Positions 1-58,693 of a stretch of DNA of 64,000 nucleotides are shown here, piece after piece. The notes under the pieces are model-generated. The model saw only the letters and a list, made by a program, of their open reading frames with translations. It searched no databases and was not told where the DNA came from. The position numbers and the translations under genes were made by a program. How positions within the stretch are numbered: the first letter of the stretch is position 1; every line of letters begins with the position of its first letter. This stretch comes from the human T2T-CHM13v2.0 reference genome, Homo sapiens, in assembly GCF_009914755.1 (NCBI RefSeq), contig NC_060933.1; one strand, 5' to 3'.

Positions 1-594
1 AAAGGCCTGTCCCCATTGCCCACAGGCCCATGTCTGTGACCTTCTCCGGTGCGAGCCCCCTTCCCAGTAGGGCCATTGGCAACTTGACTAATGGCTGATG
101 GGGGCCAGAGGCAGGTGGGCTAGTGGTCAGGGGCAACAGGAGGGCAAGGCCCACTTTGTGACCTGGTTCTTTGTGGTCTAGGCCAGAGGCACACTGACCA
201 GTGCCTGGGGCCACGCTGGGGGCTGGATGCAGCCGACGCTGTCTGGGTATCCCATAGCCTGGGTCCTTCCAGCGCTGCCGCTCCTGAAAGGCTGGGAGAT
301 CATTGCCCAGGGTCCCTGACCCTCTAAGGGCTCCCTTGGGAGAGGACAGTGAGGGCTGGCCTGGGCCCCTGCTTCCCAAGAGACCACTGGGCTCCACTCG
401 TGTTCAGTTTCCTGTCGGGGTCCATGATGTTACTTGTGAAACACCTGTGCCCAGAGCAGGGTCCAGGAGGCAGGGCAGGGGCTTTCCCCTTTGGGCAGAG
501 CCACCAGGGCAGTGGGAATCTTGTCTTGATGGGGTGACCCAAAGCACACAATAGCCCAACAGCTCCTCCTGGGCCCTGCCCTTTGCGTGCCTAG

Positions 595-35622
<35,028 letters not shown>

Positions 35623-35805
35623 GGGTCATTGAACATTTGTTCCGTGTCTGGCCAGCCCTGGAGGGTTGACCCCTGGTCTCAGTGCTTTCCAATTCGAACT
35701 TTTTCCAATCTTAGGTATCTACTTTAGAGTCTTCTCCAATGTCCAAAAGGCTAGGGGGTTGGAGGTGGGGACTCTGGAAAAGCAGCCCCCATTTCCTCGG
35801 GTACC

Positions 35806-35815
35806 AATAAATAAA
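35806..35815 (+). terminator. Overlapping AATAAA poly(A) signals of ADAMTS13
   Basis: AATAAATAAA ~185 nt after the stop, with a T-rich tract downstream. Confidence 0.75.
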
Positions 35816-36088
35816 ACATGCAGGCTGACCGGCGTTTTTTTCTTATAAGCTGTCCAGACCTGGCTTGAAAACCCATCCCATGGCAAGGCAGGGATTCGCT
35901 GGCCGCGGTTGGCTCTATCTTGATCTGAGCAAGCCGCTGGACGTCCCTAGTTATCTTCTTCCTATCCAGGAAGAAAATCCAATCAGGATTCCACTCCGAG
36001 GATGGCGCATTAGCCAGCTCCCTGCGAAGCCCCACCCGTGTGTCCTGGTGTGAGGCTCTGACCGCTAAGGTGTCTGCGCGCCTCCAGG

Positions 36089-36445
36089 CCCCGCCCCCTA
36101 TGCTAATAAGCGCCCGCCTCCTTTGGGAGCAAGTCGCCGCAAACTGCGAGCCCCCGCCCCCTACGCTAATGACGCCCGCCCCCCTCGGGCACACCTCTCC
36201 GATGCCTGCGAGCCCCGCCCCGTATGCTAACGAGCTCCCCACCCCCAGCTCCTCGCCGCAGCCTGCGGGTCCCGCCCCCTACAATAATGAGCACCTACCT
36301 CCCCTCAAACGCCCCTAGTCGCGGCATGAGGGTCCCGCTCACTATGTTAATGAGCACCCGCCTCCCTTCGGGCGCGCCTCGCCGCAGCCTGAAAGCCCCG
36401 CCCCCTATGCTAATATGCTCCCTCTCCCACAAGGCAGCGCGCCGG
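36089..36445 (+). repeat. Degenerate tandem array, 6 x ~62 bp, each unit with GC box + (T)ATGCTAAT(GAG)
   Basis: Units start at about 36089, 36151, 36213, 36270, 36333 and 36396. Consensus CCCCGCCCCCTATGCTAATGAGCRCCCGCCTCCCY...CTCGCCGCAGCCTGCG. Confidence 0.85.
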
Positions 36446-36487
36446 CTCGGACGCGGCCGGCTACCGAGCCCTTTGTGAGGGCTGTGA

Positions 36488-45097
<8,610 letters not shown>

Positions 45098-46604
45098 AGG
45101 GCTGGGCGCCCCTCCCTCCCTGTCCCCTCTTCTGGCTCTGTGTGGGTCCAAGTGAGGCCTGGACTGTCCACGCTGAGGCACAGCCTGGAGAGGGGCCTTT
45201 GCACGTGTCCCTACACCTGGAGTCCTCTGCTCCTTTCTCCAGACTGGCTTAAGCCAGGAGCCACTGGCTGCTGGTGTGAGGGTCTGGGCTGCTGGACTTG
45301 AGGCAGAGCCTGCAGCAGCTGTGTGGACACTACCCAGCCCTACTCCTCTGCTGGGTGGGTCTGCAGATCTCACACCACAGACAGGGCTGCCTGTGACCTG
45401 GGAGCAGCTTCCCCTGGAGATGCTGGTCCTGGCTTGAGGGGAGGGGCAAGTGGGACCCTGCCACCTGGGCACTGAGCAGAGGGACCTCCCCCAGCTCTCT
45501 TAGCAGGTGGAGCCCCAGGGCCTGGGACAGCCTGCCGCTGCCAGCAACCTCCCACTGCTGCCTAGGGTGCAGCGCCCACTGTCACCCTGCCTTCTGAAGA
45601 AGCCCACAGGGCTCCTAAGGTGCACCCCGGTACCTGGAACTGCAGCCTTGGCAGTGACTGGACAGCTGGGTGGGGGATGCTCCCTGCTGGCCCTGGGAAC
45701 CTTGGACAGGCCACCTCAAGGCCCCTCGGCTGCCCCTCCTCCCTGGGCCTGCTGGGGCCCCTAGGTTCTGCCCATCACCCCCCGCCCCTGCTGGCCTTGG
45801 TGCTAAGGAAGTGGGGAGAGCAGGCTCTCCCTGGCACCGAGGGTGCCCACCCTCTCCCTGGTGTGGCCCCGTCAACATCAGCCACAGCCCAGCCCCATTA
45901 GTGGGTTAGTGGGTCTGACCTCAGCCCCACTCAGGTGCTCCTGCTGGCCTGCCCAAGCCCTGCCCTCAGGGAGCTTCTGCCTTTTAAGAACTGGGCAGAG
46001 GCCACAGTCACCTCCCCACACAGAGCTGTCCCCACTGCCCTGGGTGCCAGGCTGTCCGGAGCCAGGCCTACCCAGGGAGGATGCAGAGAGCTGGTGCCCA
46101 GGATGTGCACCCCCATATTCCCTCTGCCCTGTGGCCTCAGCCCGCTGGCCTCTCTGACCGTGAGGCTGGCTCTCAGCCATCGGGCAGGTGCCTGGTCGGG
46201 CCTGGCTTAGCCCAGGTGGGGCTTGGCAGAAGCGGGCGGGTGTGGAAGATATTCCATCTGGGGCCAACCCCAGGCTGGGCCTGCGCTGAGCTTCTGGAGC
46301 GCAGGTACTGGGTCTTGCTAAGTGAACTGTTTCCCAGGAACACCTCTCGGGCCCATCTGCGTCTGAGGCTGGGAGTGGCATCTGAGGCCGGGAGTGGCAG
46401 GCTGGTGGGCTGGGCGTGGGGTTTTCTGGGCCCTGCCCAGTACTGCCCTGGGGACTTGGTGGGCTCCTGGGTCAGCAGCATCCCACCCCTGGGAGTCTGG
46501 CCAGCTGAGCCCCAGGGTGGCAGGGGCATTATAGCCTGGTGGACATGTGCCTTCAGGGTTCCTCCGGGGCCACCTTCCTCAGGCCAGTGCTGGGTTCAAA
46601 GGGC

Positions 46605-46637
<33 letters not shown>

Positions 46638-46648
46638 ATATGTGTGTG
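46605..46648. repeat. (TG)n microsatellite in the CACFD1 3'UTR
   Basis: Pure TG run followed by TATG/TG degenerate units. Confidence 0.95.
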
Positions 46649-47146
46649 GGTGCACACATCTGTCCCATGTATGCAGTGAGACCTGTCTACCTCCCACAAG
46701 GAGCAAGGGCTCTGCCCGCCCTCTGCTCATTCCTACCCAGGTAGTGGGACCCCGGGCCCCCTTCTGCCTGGCTTGCCTGCTTCTGCCCTTTCCAGAGGGG
46801 TCTCACTGACAGCCAGAGACAGCAGGAGAAGGGTTGGCTGTGGATCAAGGAAGGCTGCCCCTGTACCCTGTGGGGAAATGGTGGGTGCATGGCTGGATGC
46901 AGAGGTGGAAGGCCCTGGGCCACAGGCGAGAGTGGGCGTGTCACCTGTCCCAGGTTCCCAGCAAGTCTGCAGCTGTGCAGTCCTGGGGTCCCTGACCCTG
47001 TCGCCCAGGGGGCGTGCTGTCCAGCAGGGGCCCTGCCTTGCAAGGAACGTCTCTTCCGGCGGCTGGGCCGCTCCTGCCTGGTCTGGGCTGTGTGTGGCGC
47101 CCTTTCCTCCTTGTTTGTTCCTCTGTGTTCTGTGTGCGTCTTAAGC

Positions 47147-47152
47147 AATAAA
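47147..47152 (+). terminator. CACFD1 poly(A) signal AATAAA
   Basis: AATAAA followed by GT-rich sequence, ending a ~2-kb 3'UTR. Confidence 0.8.
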
Positions 47153-47447
47153 GCGTGGCCGTGGCTCGCGTGCCTGCCCTCTGCTCCCTTCTGCCTTGGT
47201 GCCTGTGTGTGAGTGTGGAAGCCAGGCAGGAGCCGCTGGCCCAGGAAATAACTACAGGTCCTGTCCCGAGGCTGCCCCCAGCATCCCAGACAAGGAAAGT
47301 GACCTGCCCAAGGTCACACAGCTAGAAAGAGCCTGTTAAGGGTGGGCCTCGCAGTGGGCTTCCCCTCACTGCAGCCTTTTCCCTGCCCTGCTTTTGCTAT
47401 GGATCAGCAGTCAGTGGCCCTGGCAACCTTGGCTGGTTCGGGTCTAG

Positions 47448-47942
<495 letters not shown>

Positions 47943-48427
47943 TAAGTCCAGGATGTTCCCTGTGGTGCCCATAAGACTTGTGAGGGCAAAGCCGGGTCTT
48001 CCTTGCACAGCCAGATGCCACCAGATCAGAGCGCGATGATATGACTACGTTACTTGGCTGCCTCCAGCCCTGTCCTCTCAGTCCTCCCCGTAGCCTTCTG
48101 TGGGGCGTGTCCTTCACGCAAGGGAAAGGGACTAGGCCTGAGGTCACCCAGCAGGGCCGTGTCCCTGGATGCAGGGTTGTATGCACTCCTGCGGCCCATG
48201 GCTACGTGCAGCACTGTGGGCTGCCTGGGCTGGGGCTGTGGCTGGACAGCAGTGCTACCTGTCCCGAGCCAGGGGCACCCGCTGCTGAGGCCCCATCACA
48301 CTGCTCTTCCTGTGCTCTGGCTGGTGGCAGGGATGACTGCTGCCTCTTGGTCCCAGGGTGCAGGTTTGTAGCCAACACAGAGGCCCAGCCACTGGGGGTT
48401 TGGCCCCCTCCAGGCGGGGACCTTGAC

Positions 48428-48583
48428 CTAGCGCAAGAAGGACCTTCTCCCCGTGCGGAAGAAGGACTCGATCTGCTCCAGGGACCGTCCCTTGGTCTCG
48501 GGCACACAGCAGCCTGTGAACACCAGGCTCACCAAGCAGATGGCCGCGAAGAAGAAGAAAGGCACCTGGAGGCCGAAGGTGCT
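48428..48583 (-). CDS. SLC2A6: SLC2A6 exon 10, coding part
   Basis: [12 protein letters not shown]...[25 protein letters not shown]. Confidence 0.96.
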   Translation of the reverse strand, partial: STFGLQVPFFFFAAICLVSLVFTGCCVPETKGRSLEQIESFFRTGRRSFLR

Positions 48584-51500
48584 CTGCGGGTGAAGAGCGG
48601 GGCCGGGTCACAGGGAGAAGCTCCAGGGTCCTCCTGCCCCAGAGGAGCTCGTGGGCGCTGCTGGTAGTGACCAGCCCTGTGGGGCCTTCATCTGGTCCTT
48701 CCTGTGTTCAGAGACCGCCCCCCCACACCAGGGCTCCCCCACTGTCCCCAGGACAAATCCGAAGTAGCCCTTGAAGTCTGCATCCCGTCTGCCCCTCGGC
48801 CTTCCTCAGGGGCTGGGCCCTCTGGCGTCAGCTCAGGTACCCCCTCCACACCCCCTACCCAGCGCTGGCATCCCAGCTGTTCCATGCCGCGGCCTGCAGG
48901 AGGCCCGCCCTGCAGCCTGGTGGGCACGCAGGTTCTTCTTGGACCCTCTAGGCTGATGGACTCACTCTGGGTTGCCTGCCCTCCCCCAACCCCCCTGCCC
49001 TGACCACTGCAGGGACAGCTTAGGCGCTGGCCTAGGCTGCCCTAGCCAGCTTCTCCCTCATGGGAACTTACTCTGGGCCTCACAGATTCTGGCTGGTCAC
49101 AGGGCCCGTAGTTTTGAACCAGGAGGCAGGGGGAGTGGGTGGGGTTGAGGGGGGAGTGTGGCTGCTGCTGAGACCCAGCGCCCAGGAGGGCGGGAGATGA
49201 GGCACGGTGGGGAGGTGGCTTCCGGGGCCCCTGGCAGGGTCCTGGGCCATGTCCTGCCCTGGCCCAGGAGGTAACCTGACTTCCCAGAACAGTTGCCTAC
49301 GCCCGTTCCTGTTTCTTATAATGAAGAGCGTTTGCTAGGCTATCACGTGACCACTCTGGGGTCTCTGAGTTCAGGGGGTGTGTGCTCATCTCCTAGGGTC
49401 ACTGAGAGTTAGGGTCCTGACAGCAGGCCTTGGCACAGCCCCTGGCACTGAGAAGGGTCCTGGCCAGTCAGAGAGGGCCTAGGGGCCTGGGGCCTGGGGC
49501 TGAACACTCACCACCACTGGCAGGAAGGACTTGGTGAGGACGAAGGCGGTGAGCCAGCTGGCCAGCACGCAGAGCCCTGAGGCCACGCCACGGGCACGCA
49601 GGGGCAGGACCTCAGACATGAGCAGCCAGGTGATGGGACCCCAGCCCACGGCGTAGCCTGCTCGGAGGAGGAGGCAGGTTCAGGCCCTGTGGGGTGACTG
49701 GAGGCGGCTGTGTCTGTCTCCGCTGAGCTGCTGGAGACCCCCCTCTCCAGCCACCCCAGACACATCACCCATCCCTTAACACCCAAGACAGCCTGCCCCT
49801 CTGAGCCACCACCACACCTACCCATGATGAAGAGCATGGTGGCCAGCAGGGGCACCAGGGTGAGGTAGCCAGCGGGTGCTGCCAGGGGCTGCGCCAAGTC
49901 CCCCCAGGACTCGCTTTCCAGGCCCGCAGTGCTGTTGGGGCTCAGAGGCCTGGGGCCAAAGTGGATGTACAGCCCCAGAGTCAGGTTGGCAGCAAACATG
50001 ATGGCCGCTGTGGACAGACAGGTGGCCTCGTGGGGCCAGGACCCTCTGAGCCAGCTGTTTCTCTCAGAGCTCCTTCTGCAGAGCCCCTTGATACTTGCGT
50101 GGTCCAGCTCGTGTCTGGGACTAGAGACCCCCAGCAGGGCAGCAAGCTCTGTCTCCAGCCGCGTGTTAGGCTCCCACCGTGGAGTGTCACAGCCAGTGTG
50201 TCCACTCGGAGCCCCAGCGGACCTTTCTGGACCACTGGCCTGGGCCAGGGCCCTGCCGATGCTAGGGAGGCAGGTGCTCTGCAGTTCCCAGCCACACAGC
50301 CCCACCCCGAGGCAGGCCTGCACACCCAGCCCAGCCCTGACCCATGCGGAGGAGTGGGGCAGGAGGGCTGCCTGCAGGGTGCTTACCTGAGACGAAGAGC
50401 AGCACCTTGCGGCCTGCGAGGTCCATGGTGAGGGCGGCGATCAGCACGGACAGGAGCCGCACGGCCCCAACGATGGCTGCGTCGTCCTTGGGGGGCTATC
50501 GGGGGGAGACCACCAGGGCTGAGGGACCTGCCTGCTGTTCCCATCCCCCTCCAGGACCCAGCTTGTCCCGGCAGGCATTGCAGGGGCTCAGGCCAGCAGC
50601 TCAGTGCAGTACTGAGTGGCCTGGCACCTGCAGCGTGCTGGGCATCTATACTGTCCGAGCCTATGGGGCTCCTGGGCAGGGACACATCTGCTCTGCCCAC
50701 CACTATGCCCAGCTGGCACAGAATCCAGGCGTGATGATGACTTGCTGAACCGTGCTGTTACTAATCTTCAAATCTCATCTCACTTTGAGCCTTGGGGCAG
50801 GCTGATGGAGATGTGCTGCTATCTTCATCTTGCAGAGGAGGAAGTTGAGGTTCAGAGGGGAAAGTGACTTCCCTCATTAAGTGGCAGATGCCACAGGGCT
50901 CTGAACCTGGGGTCTGTGGCCTCAAGGGGTCCACGTTTCTATAAAGCTGGTTTCCTTTGTAATCCCATGTATTTTATTTAATTTTTAAAATTTCTATATG
51001 TTTTTAGAGACAGGGTCCTGCTCTGTCACCAGGATGGAGCGCAGTGGTGAGATCGTGGCCACTGCAGTCTCACACTCCTGGACTTAAGTGATCCTCCCGC
51101 CTTGGCCTCGTGTTGGGATTTTGCCAGTATTTTATTTTAAAACACTTAAGCTTATCTTAAAAACATTCTGAGAACAGGTGAAGGCACTGGAACTGTCTCC
51201 ACAAGGCCCAGATCTCAGATCTTGCTGTGGCATCCCTGACACCTGGCACAGAGCAGGTGTGGGTAAGACCAGGGGTTGGGTAAGTGCAGGAGCAGGCCCT
51301 GCCTCCCCTGCCCTGCCAGCCTCCAGGGGACCCCGTGGGTGGGCGCCGGCCGGGGCTGGGCTCTCACCAGCAGGACAGCGGTGCTGTCGAAGATGGACTG
51401 CAGGTAGACCAGGATGGGCGTGATGCCCGTCAGCTGCTGCAGGAGGCGCATCAGCAAGGCCACGGTGATGGGCCGGCACACGTGGGGGGCCCGTGCCTCA

Positions 51501-54500
51501 GCCCACGATACTCGGCTGCTCTGAAACACAAGGCCGCCGCTGAGGGCGTTGGGCCAGCCTCTCCAGCAGGCGCCATCCTGCCCTGGACCGCCAGGGGTTG
51601 TGTGGGAGACCTCCTTTTTCCCTCCTCCAGGAAAGAACCAGCTTACCAGGCCACCCAGGCTCTGGGAACAGCCCCCCACCCCAACCCAGGCACTTGGATT
51701 AGTGGGAACTACTGTGGTCCTGTCTTCCAGGAAAAGCCTCCACGGCCACACACAGCTGAAGTGCTGGAGGTGGGCCTGCCCGGTTCGGGCGCACACCCTC
51801 CTGCACCTGTCTCCGGACGTTGTCCTGGATCTGCTCGAACTCCCAGTGGACATCGACGTCCGTCCCACGCAGCCAGGCCAGCGCCCGCAGGGCCTCTTCG
51901 TCCCTGCCCCGAGAGAGCAGGAAGCGCGGCGAGTTGGGCATGAAGCTGAGCAGCAGGATCATGATGAGCACAGGCGCCTCCCCGGCCACAGCCAGCCAGC
52001 GCCACGGCAGCAGGAGGCCTGGGGGCGAGGGGTGGGTGAGGGGCCAGGTCCAGGCCTGGTACAGCCCCTTCCCTCTGGAGCCTCTGAATAACCTCATCTG
52101 CCCTTCAAGGTCTAGTCCAAGGGCCATCTCCTACAGGAAGCCTACCCTGATTGCCCCAGGCAGGGTGGGGCTGCAGGGATTGCTCAGCCCCTGGCACATA
52201 GTGGGAAGTCCTTGGAAAGTCTTAGGGCCAGGGCAGGATGAGGAAGGGGTAGGTTGGGCAGGCAAGGCCCTAGGCCTCCACCCAAGACCTCCACGCCCCC
52301 TCAACTGAGCAGCTGCACGCACTGTGATTTCTTTTCTATCTGGACTTCCCATCTGAGATGGCATTTGATGGAAGCTTTCTGCCGTTAAAAGATAGTCTGG
52401 CGACTGTGGGTCCAGGAGAAGCCCTGGCTGCCCCAGCTAGAGACTGGGCCTGTGGCTAGAGGGGCAGGCCCTGCCTGGAGGTGCCCAGCAAGGTGCTGAC
52501 TGAGTGGGGCCGGGATGCCAGATCTCTTGCCTCTCAGCCCAGGATCTGTTCTGGGACAAATCATTCCCTTTCCACCCACGTCTACCTTGGCGGCACCCAC
52601 CCCTCCCACCAGCCTGCACACAGGAGTGCGGGGCCATACTTGCCAAGGGCGTAGAGGGACAGGGATCCGAACACTGCCATGAGCTGGGGTGTGGCCCCCA
52701 GAGCCCCACGAACGCCTGGGGGAGCAATCTCAGACACGTACACCTGCAAGACACAGCCGCCGCACCAGGTTTTGCTGAAAATACTGGTTCCTAGGCCCGG
52801 CCGAGATGGGAGAGTCAGCCCCTGTGAACCCCGGAAAGTGGGAAGTGGAGGCTTTCTGGTGGGGCTGAGTCCTGGTCATGACTCACTGCAAGACCTTGGG
52901 CGGCCTGCCTGATCTCTCTCTGTCCTCAGTTTCCCTAACTGTGACGTGGGTGGAAGTACGCAGCTCGGAAATGGGCAGCATGACGCTGGGAAGGAGGCCC
53001 GAGGGCTCCCAGGCTTCAGGGCTGAGCAGGTGAGTCCATGCCTCCCAGTGAGTTTTGTCTCCTCTGCTGGGCTCACCACCAGGCCCCGTGTGGAGTACCA
53101 CATAAGATAAGAAGGTCCCGGGGAGGGTGTAGGGCAGGGACTTCCCTCTCCTACCCATTGCTCAATGCGGATTTTCTCCAATTGAGTAATACATCTGACC
53201 GGTCAAGAAACGGGGTAGAAGGCTTGGAAAGTCCAGAGTGGGGGCAGCTGGGGACCTGGAGACAATTTCCCCCAAATTAGCTGCCCTGCTGGGGGTGAGC
53301 TGAGGCGCCCTGGGCATCCGCAGGGAAGGCAAACAATTCTCATTGCCCAGAAGGCATGGAGGCTGGGAGGCCTTAGTCAGATGGAGGCTCAGCACCAATA
53401 CAGAGGCATTGGGGCGCCTGGGTGGGAAGGCCTGGCCTTACCGGGATGCAGGCAGCTGTGAGCCCCCCGGCGAAGCCCGTCAGCGTCCTTCCGAGCAGCA
53501 GCATCCAGAGGCCGTGCGCACCCGCCATGAGCGCATAGCCGGCCGCCGACGGCACAGCTGAGAACATGATGCTCAGCTTCCGGCCCAGGAGGTCGTTGAG
53601 GATCATGGCACTCAGGCCTCCGGCCGCTGCTCCCAGGGTGAACACGGACTGCAGGGGAAGGGGGTGCAGGGCAGATATGTCTGGGCACTTGGCACCCCAA
53701 TCTCATCAGAGTCCAGGGACAGCTTCTTCCCTAGGCCGACCCCAGGAGCTGGTCAAGCACTTGGCCAAGTCAAGCACTTGAAACAGGGAGCCTCCTGTCT
53801 TCAAGGAACAGCCATTTGTTAGGGATGCCCAAACGGGGAATTCTGCTCTAAGGAAGAGGTGCTGCGCCACATATCCACAGTGGTTCTGTCCAGCCTGATG
53901 TTTAAATGTCTAATATTTTAATACAGGAGAATTCTGTGACTTGAAGGTACTGGGCTTTAAGATTTGGAGGTTCTTAAGTTCCCTGTACAGCAGCAACTGG
54001 GACCCCCTCTGGACTCTGCTAACTGGTAGTGGGACCTGGGCACATTGCCCAGCCTGTCTGCACCTCAGTTTCTTCAGCTGTCTTATGGGGAGAGCGCAAG
54101 TTCTACCTCGTGGCGTTGGCCCTGAGAATCAATGAACGTTCAGTGCCCAACACATGCCTGGCACATAGGAAGTGCTCAGTAAACCTTGGGAATTTTTATC
54201 TTAACTACTATGTTAACAACTCTACATATGAGGCTATTAAGATTATAATTTTAGACTCTGGGACTCTGGGATCTTCCTCTCCATCAGCCCACAATCTGTC
54301 CTGCGGACTCTCCTTGCCCCAGCCAGTGCCTCTCCCCACTGACACCTGATACCCTTGCCCCCATCCAGCCAACTGTGGGTGTGGGGACCCGGGGAAGCCT
54401 CAGCCCCACCTAGTATAGACCCTGACAGCCACCTCCCCACCTGCTCCTTCCCTCACCCTCTCCACTGGCTTTCAGTTCCTCATTTCAGAGGAATCCTGTA

Positions 54501-55466
54501 GCTTTACCCCACCCACTAGTGGCCTGGATGGCTGGGGGAGGGGGGACCAGGGCCCTGGAGGGACCCCCAAGGTGGAGAATTTGGGAGGTTCCTAGCTGGA
54601 GATAAGGCTCAGCAGGTCCCTCCTTCCTGCACCCACCCTCCTCCAGAGGATGGTCCTTACCCCAAACCAGGATGCCTGGGATTTGGTCAGATGCAGGTCA
54701 GGATCCAAGGAGCGCTCCAGGGCTGGGATGACAGGGGATGTGTAGACCAGGGCATACCCAAAGCTGAAATTGCCGAGCACTGCGGCGAAGGTGGCCAGGA
54801 ACACCCTTTTGTTCTGCAGGGTCCTGGTGATGGTGGCGGACAAAAAGACCAGGGTCTCTGAGTCCCTCCTCCAGGGACCATTGCCTTTTCTGAACCCAGT
54901 GGCTGCCCGGCTCAGCGGGCAGTGCTAGGGAGGCCTGGGTCCAAGGCCATTCACGTTCCCAGGGCCTGAGCCCCAGCTCCCCTGGGAAATTCCCAGGCCA
55001 TTGTTAGCTCATCCGCAGTGGCTGAGCCTCTGGTGCTGGGGCCTTTTCTCCGGAAGAGGAGGCTCTGGTTCTGCCCCCAGGGCGGCGGCTGGAGGCTTGC
55101 TGTGTGACCTCAGGCAGAACCCCTGCTCGCTGGGGCCTCAGTCTCACTGTCTGTGGCAGTGGGGGGCTGGGCCCGGTACTCTCGTGGATCGTTCCTTCCC
55201 TTAGGGGGACCAGTTCCTTAAATAGGAGTAGCGTGTCTGGGACAGGAGGGAGCCAGATGGCCCCTCGGTGGCGACTAGGTCAGGGGAGGCCCAGGGCGGG
55301 AGCCTGCCGCCGGCTGGAGGGAACCAGGGCCACCCCCAGGCCCCACCCGCAGCCCCCAACCTAGCGACTCTCACCCGACCCGCGCCCTGTCCCCTGGCGA
55401 CGGGGGCGGCTTCTCGGGGAAGGTGTCGTAGTCCGGGCCCTCGGCTCCCAGCAGCGGCTCCTGCAT
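48428..55466 (-). CDS. SLC2A6: SLC2A6 (GLUT6, class III facilitative sugar transporter), 507 aa, 10 exons
   Basis: Exons sum to 1524 nt; MQEPLL dileucine, [27 protein letters not shown] and PETKG MFS sugar-porter motifs. Confidence 0.98.
49512..49657 (-). CDS. SLC2A6: SLC2A6 exon 9
   Basis: [18 protein letters not shown]...FLPVV|gtgagt. Confidence 0.95.
49822..50007 (-). CDS. SLC2A6: SLC2A6 exon 8 (186 nt, symmetric; carries the NST glycosylation loop)
   Basis: [13 protein letters not shown]...PNSTAG...LFIM G|gtaggt. Confidence 0.95.
50387..50495 (-). CDS. SLC2A6: SLC2A6 exon 7
   Basis: [36 protein letters not shown]|gtaagc. Confidence 0.95.
51368..51520 (-). CDS. SLC2A6: SLC2A6 exon 6
   Basis: SSRVSWAE...[12 protein letters not shown]...AVLL|gtgaga. 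Confidence 0.95.
51807..52018 (-). CDS. SLC2A6: SLC2A6 exon 5
   Basis: [12 protein letters not shown]...PNSPRFLL...NVRRQ|gtgcag. Confidence 0.95.
52644..52743 (-). CDS. SLC2A6: SLC2A6 exon 4 (followed by a GC-AG intron)
   Basis: [16 protein letters not shown]...SLSLYAL G|gcaagt. Confidence 0.92.
53442..53648 (-). CDS. SLC2A6: SLC2A6 exon 3
   Basis: [11 protein letters not shown]...DLLGRK...AACIP|gtaagg. Confidence 0.96.
54661..54823 (-). CDS. SLC2A6: SLC2A6 exon 2
   Basis: [23 protein letters not shown]...ASWFG|gtaagg. Confidence 0.96.
54984..54994. promoter_or_regulatory. NF-kB site GGGAAATTCCC in SLC2A6 intron 1
   Basis: Consensus kB motif inside the 17-bp palindrome CCTGGGAA-A-TTCCCAGG. 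Confidence 0.7.
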
Positions 55467-56080
55467 GGCCGGGTCTCTCTCGGGGCGAGCGGAGGGCGCT
55501 CAGACTGGAGCAGCCGCCCGGGGCCAGCAGCTCCGAGGGCACCGGCCAGGCTCCGCCCCTTGGCCGCTATTGGCTGTGGGACGGCCCTGCAGAGACACGC
55601 CGGCCAATGGGGCGGCCGCAGGCTGTCCTGATGCTCGGATGCGGACCCGGCTTCCCCGGGCGCGGCCGGCACCGCGTGCGCCCCCGAAGGTCACGCCCCC
55701 AAGACAGGATGGGGGTCCCAGGGCGGAGCCCCTGCTGGATCGTCCGGGGCCCCCGCGGAGCGCCGGAAGCGGCTCACCCGGCCCGGCTCTTGCAGGCGTG
55801 ACTGCGGCAATGCGCGCAGCCCCTGTCGTACTCGCTCCCGCGGGGTGGAAACCGAGGCCCAGAGAGGCGAAGCCGAGCGCCAGGGTCACAGCGAATGCGC
55901 ACCTCGCTCCTCCTTACGCTCTAGCCCTCCCCGTCGCGTGGCGTCTCAGGGCCACCTCTGCCCTGGCTCTCCCTGGCACCAGGGAATCGGGGTGTGTCAG
56001 GGCAGCAGCGGATGTGCGGGACGAAGGAGGCAGGAGGGGCCGGCGAGGCGCTGTGGGCAGCTCCAGTGGGCGAGGTCTGT
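55250..56080. promoter_or_regulatory. SLC2A6 CpG-island promoter with a GC box (55553) and CCAAT boxes (55569-55573 on -, 55604-55608 on +)
   Basis: CpG-dense; the motifs lie 90-140 nt upstream of the ATG. Confidence 0.85.
55375..55466 (-). CDS. SLC2A6: SLC2A6 exon 1, coding part
   Basis: GCCATG; [30 protein letters not shown]; GG|gtgaga. Confidence 0.95.
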
Positions 56081-56419
56081 ATCCTCCACCCCAGGCTCTG
56101 GTGGTAGAAATAACCTGAGCTCGTGACACGTAACCCAGGTAGTAAGATAACATTGAAAAATAAGAAAAGCAGAAATGGAAAATTCCCGGGAAGACCGTCC
56201 TCAAAAAATCCCACAGCAGTTCCACCTCTCCCTTTGGGCCTTTTCGGGAAGAGGACGGAATCACGCCCTGCTCTGTTGGATGGACGTGCCACACACGCTT
56301 TTAAACGGAGCCTTTGTTGCTGAGTATTTGGGTCATTTCCCATTTTAGCTATTAACATGGTAAAGCATTTTTAAAAGTTAGAATTCCCTTTTATTATGAT
56401 TGAAATACAACCATAATAG

Positions 56420-58693
<2,274 letters not shown>

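Noticed and set aside
36089-36445. Regularly spaced repeat resembling a CRISPR array
   Set aside because: Eukaryotic context, spacers homologous to each other, no cas genes; it is a degenerate tandem promoter repeat.
49929-50748. Antisense ORFs over SLC2A6 exons
   Set aside because: Shadow frames of GC-rich coding sequence.
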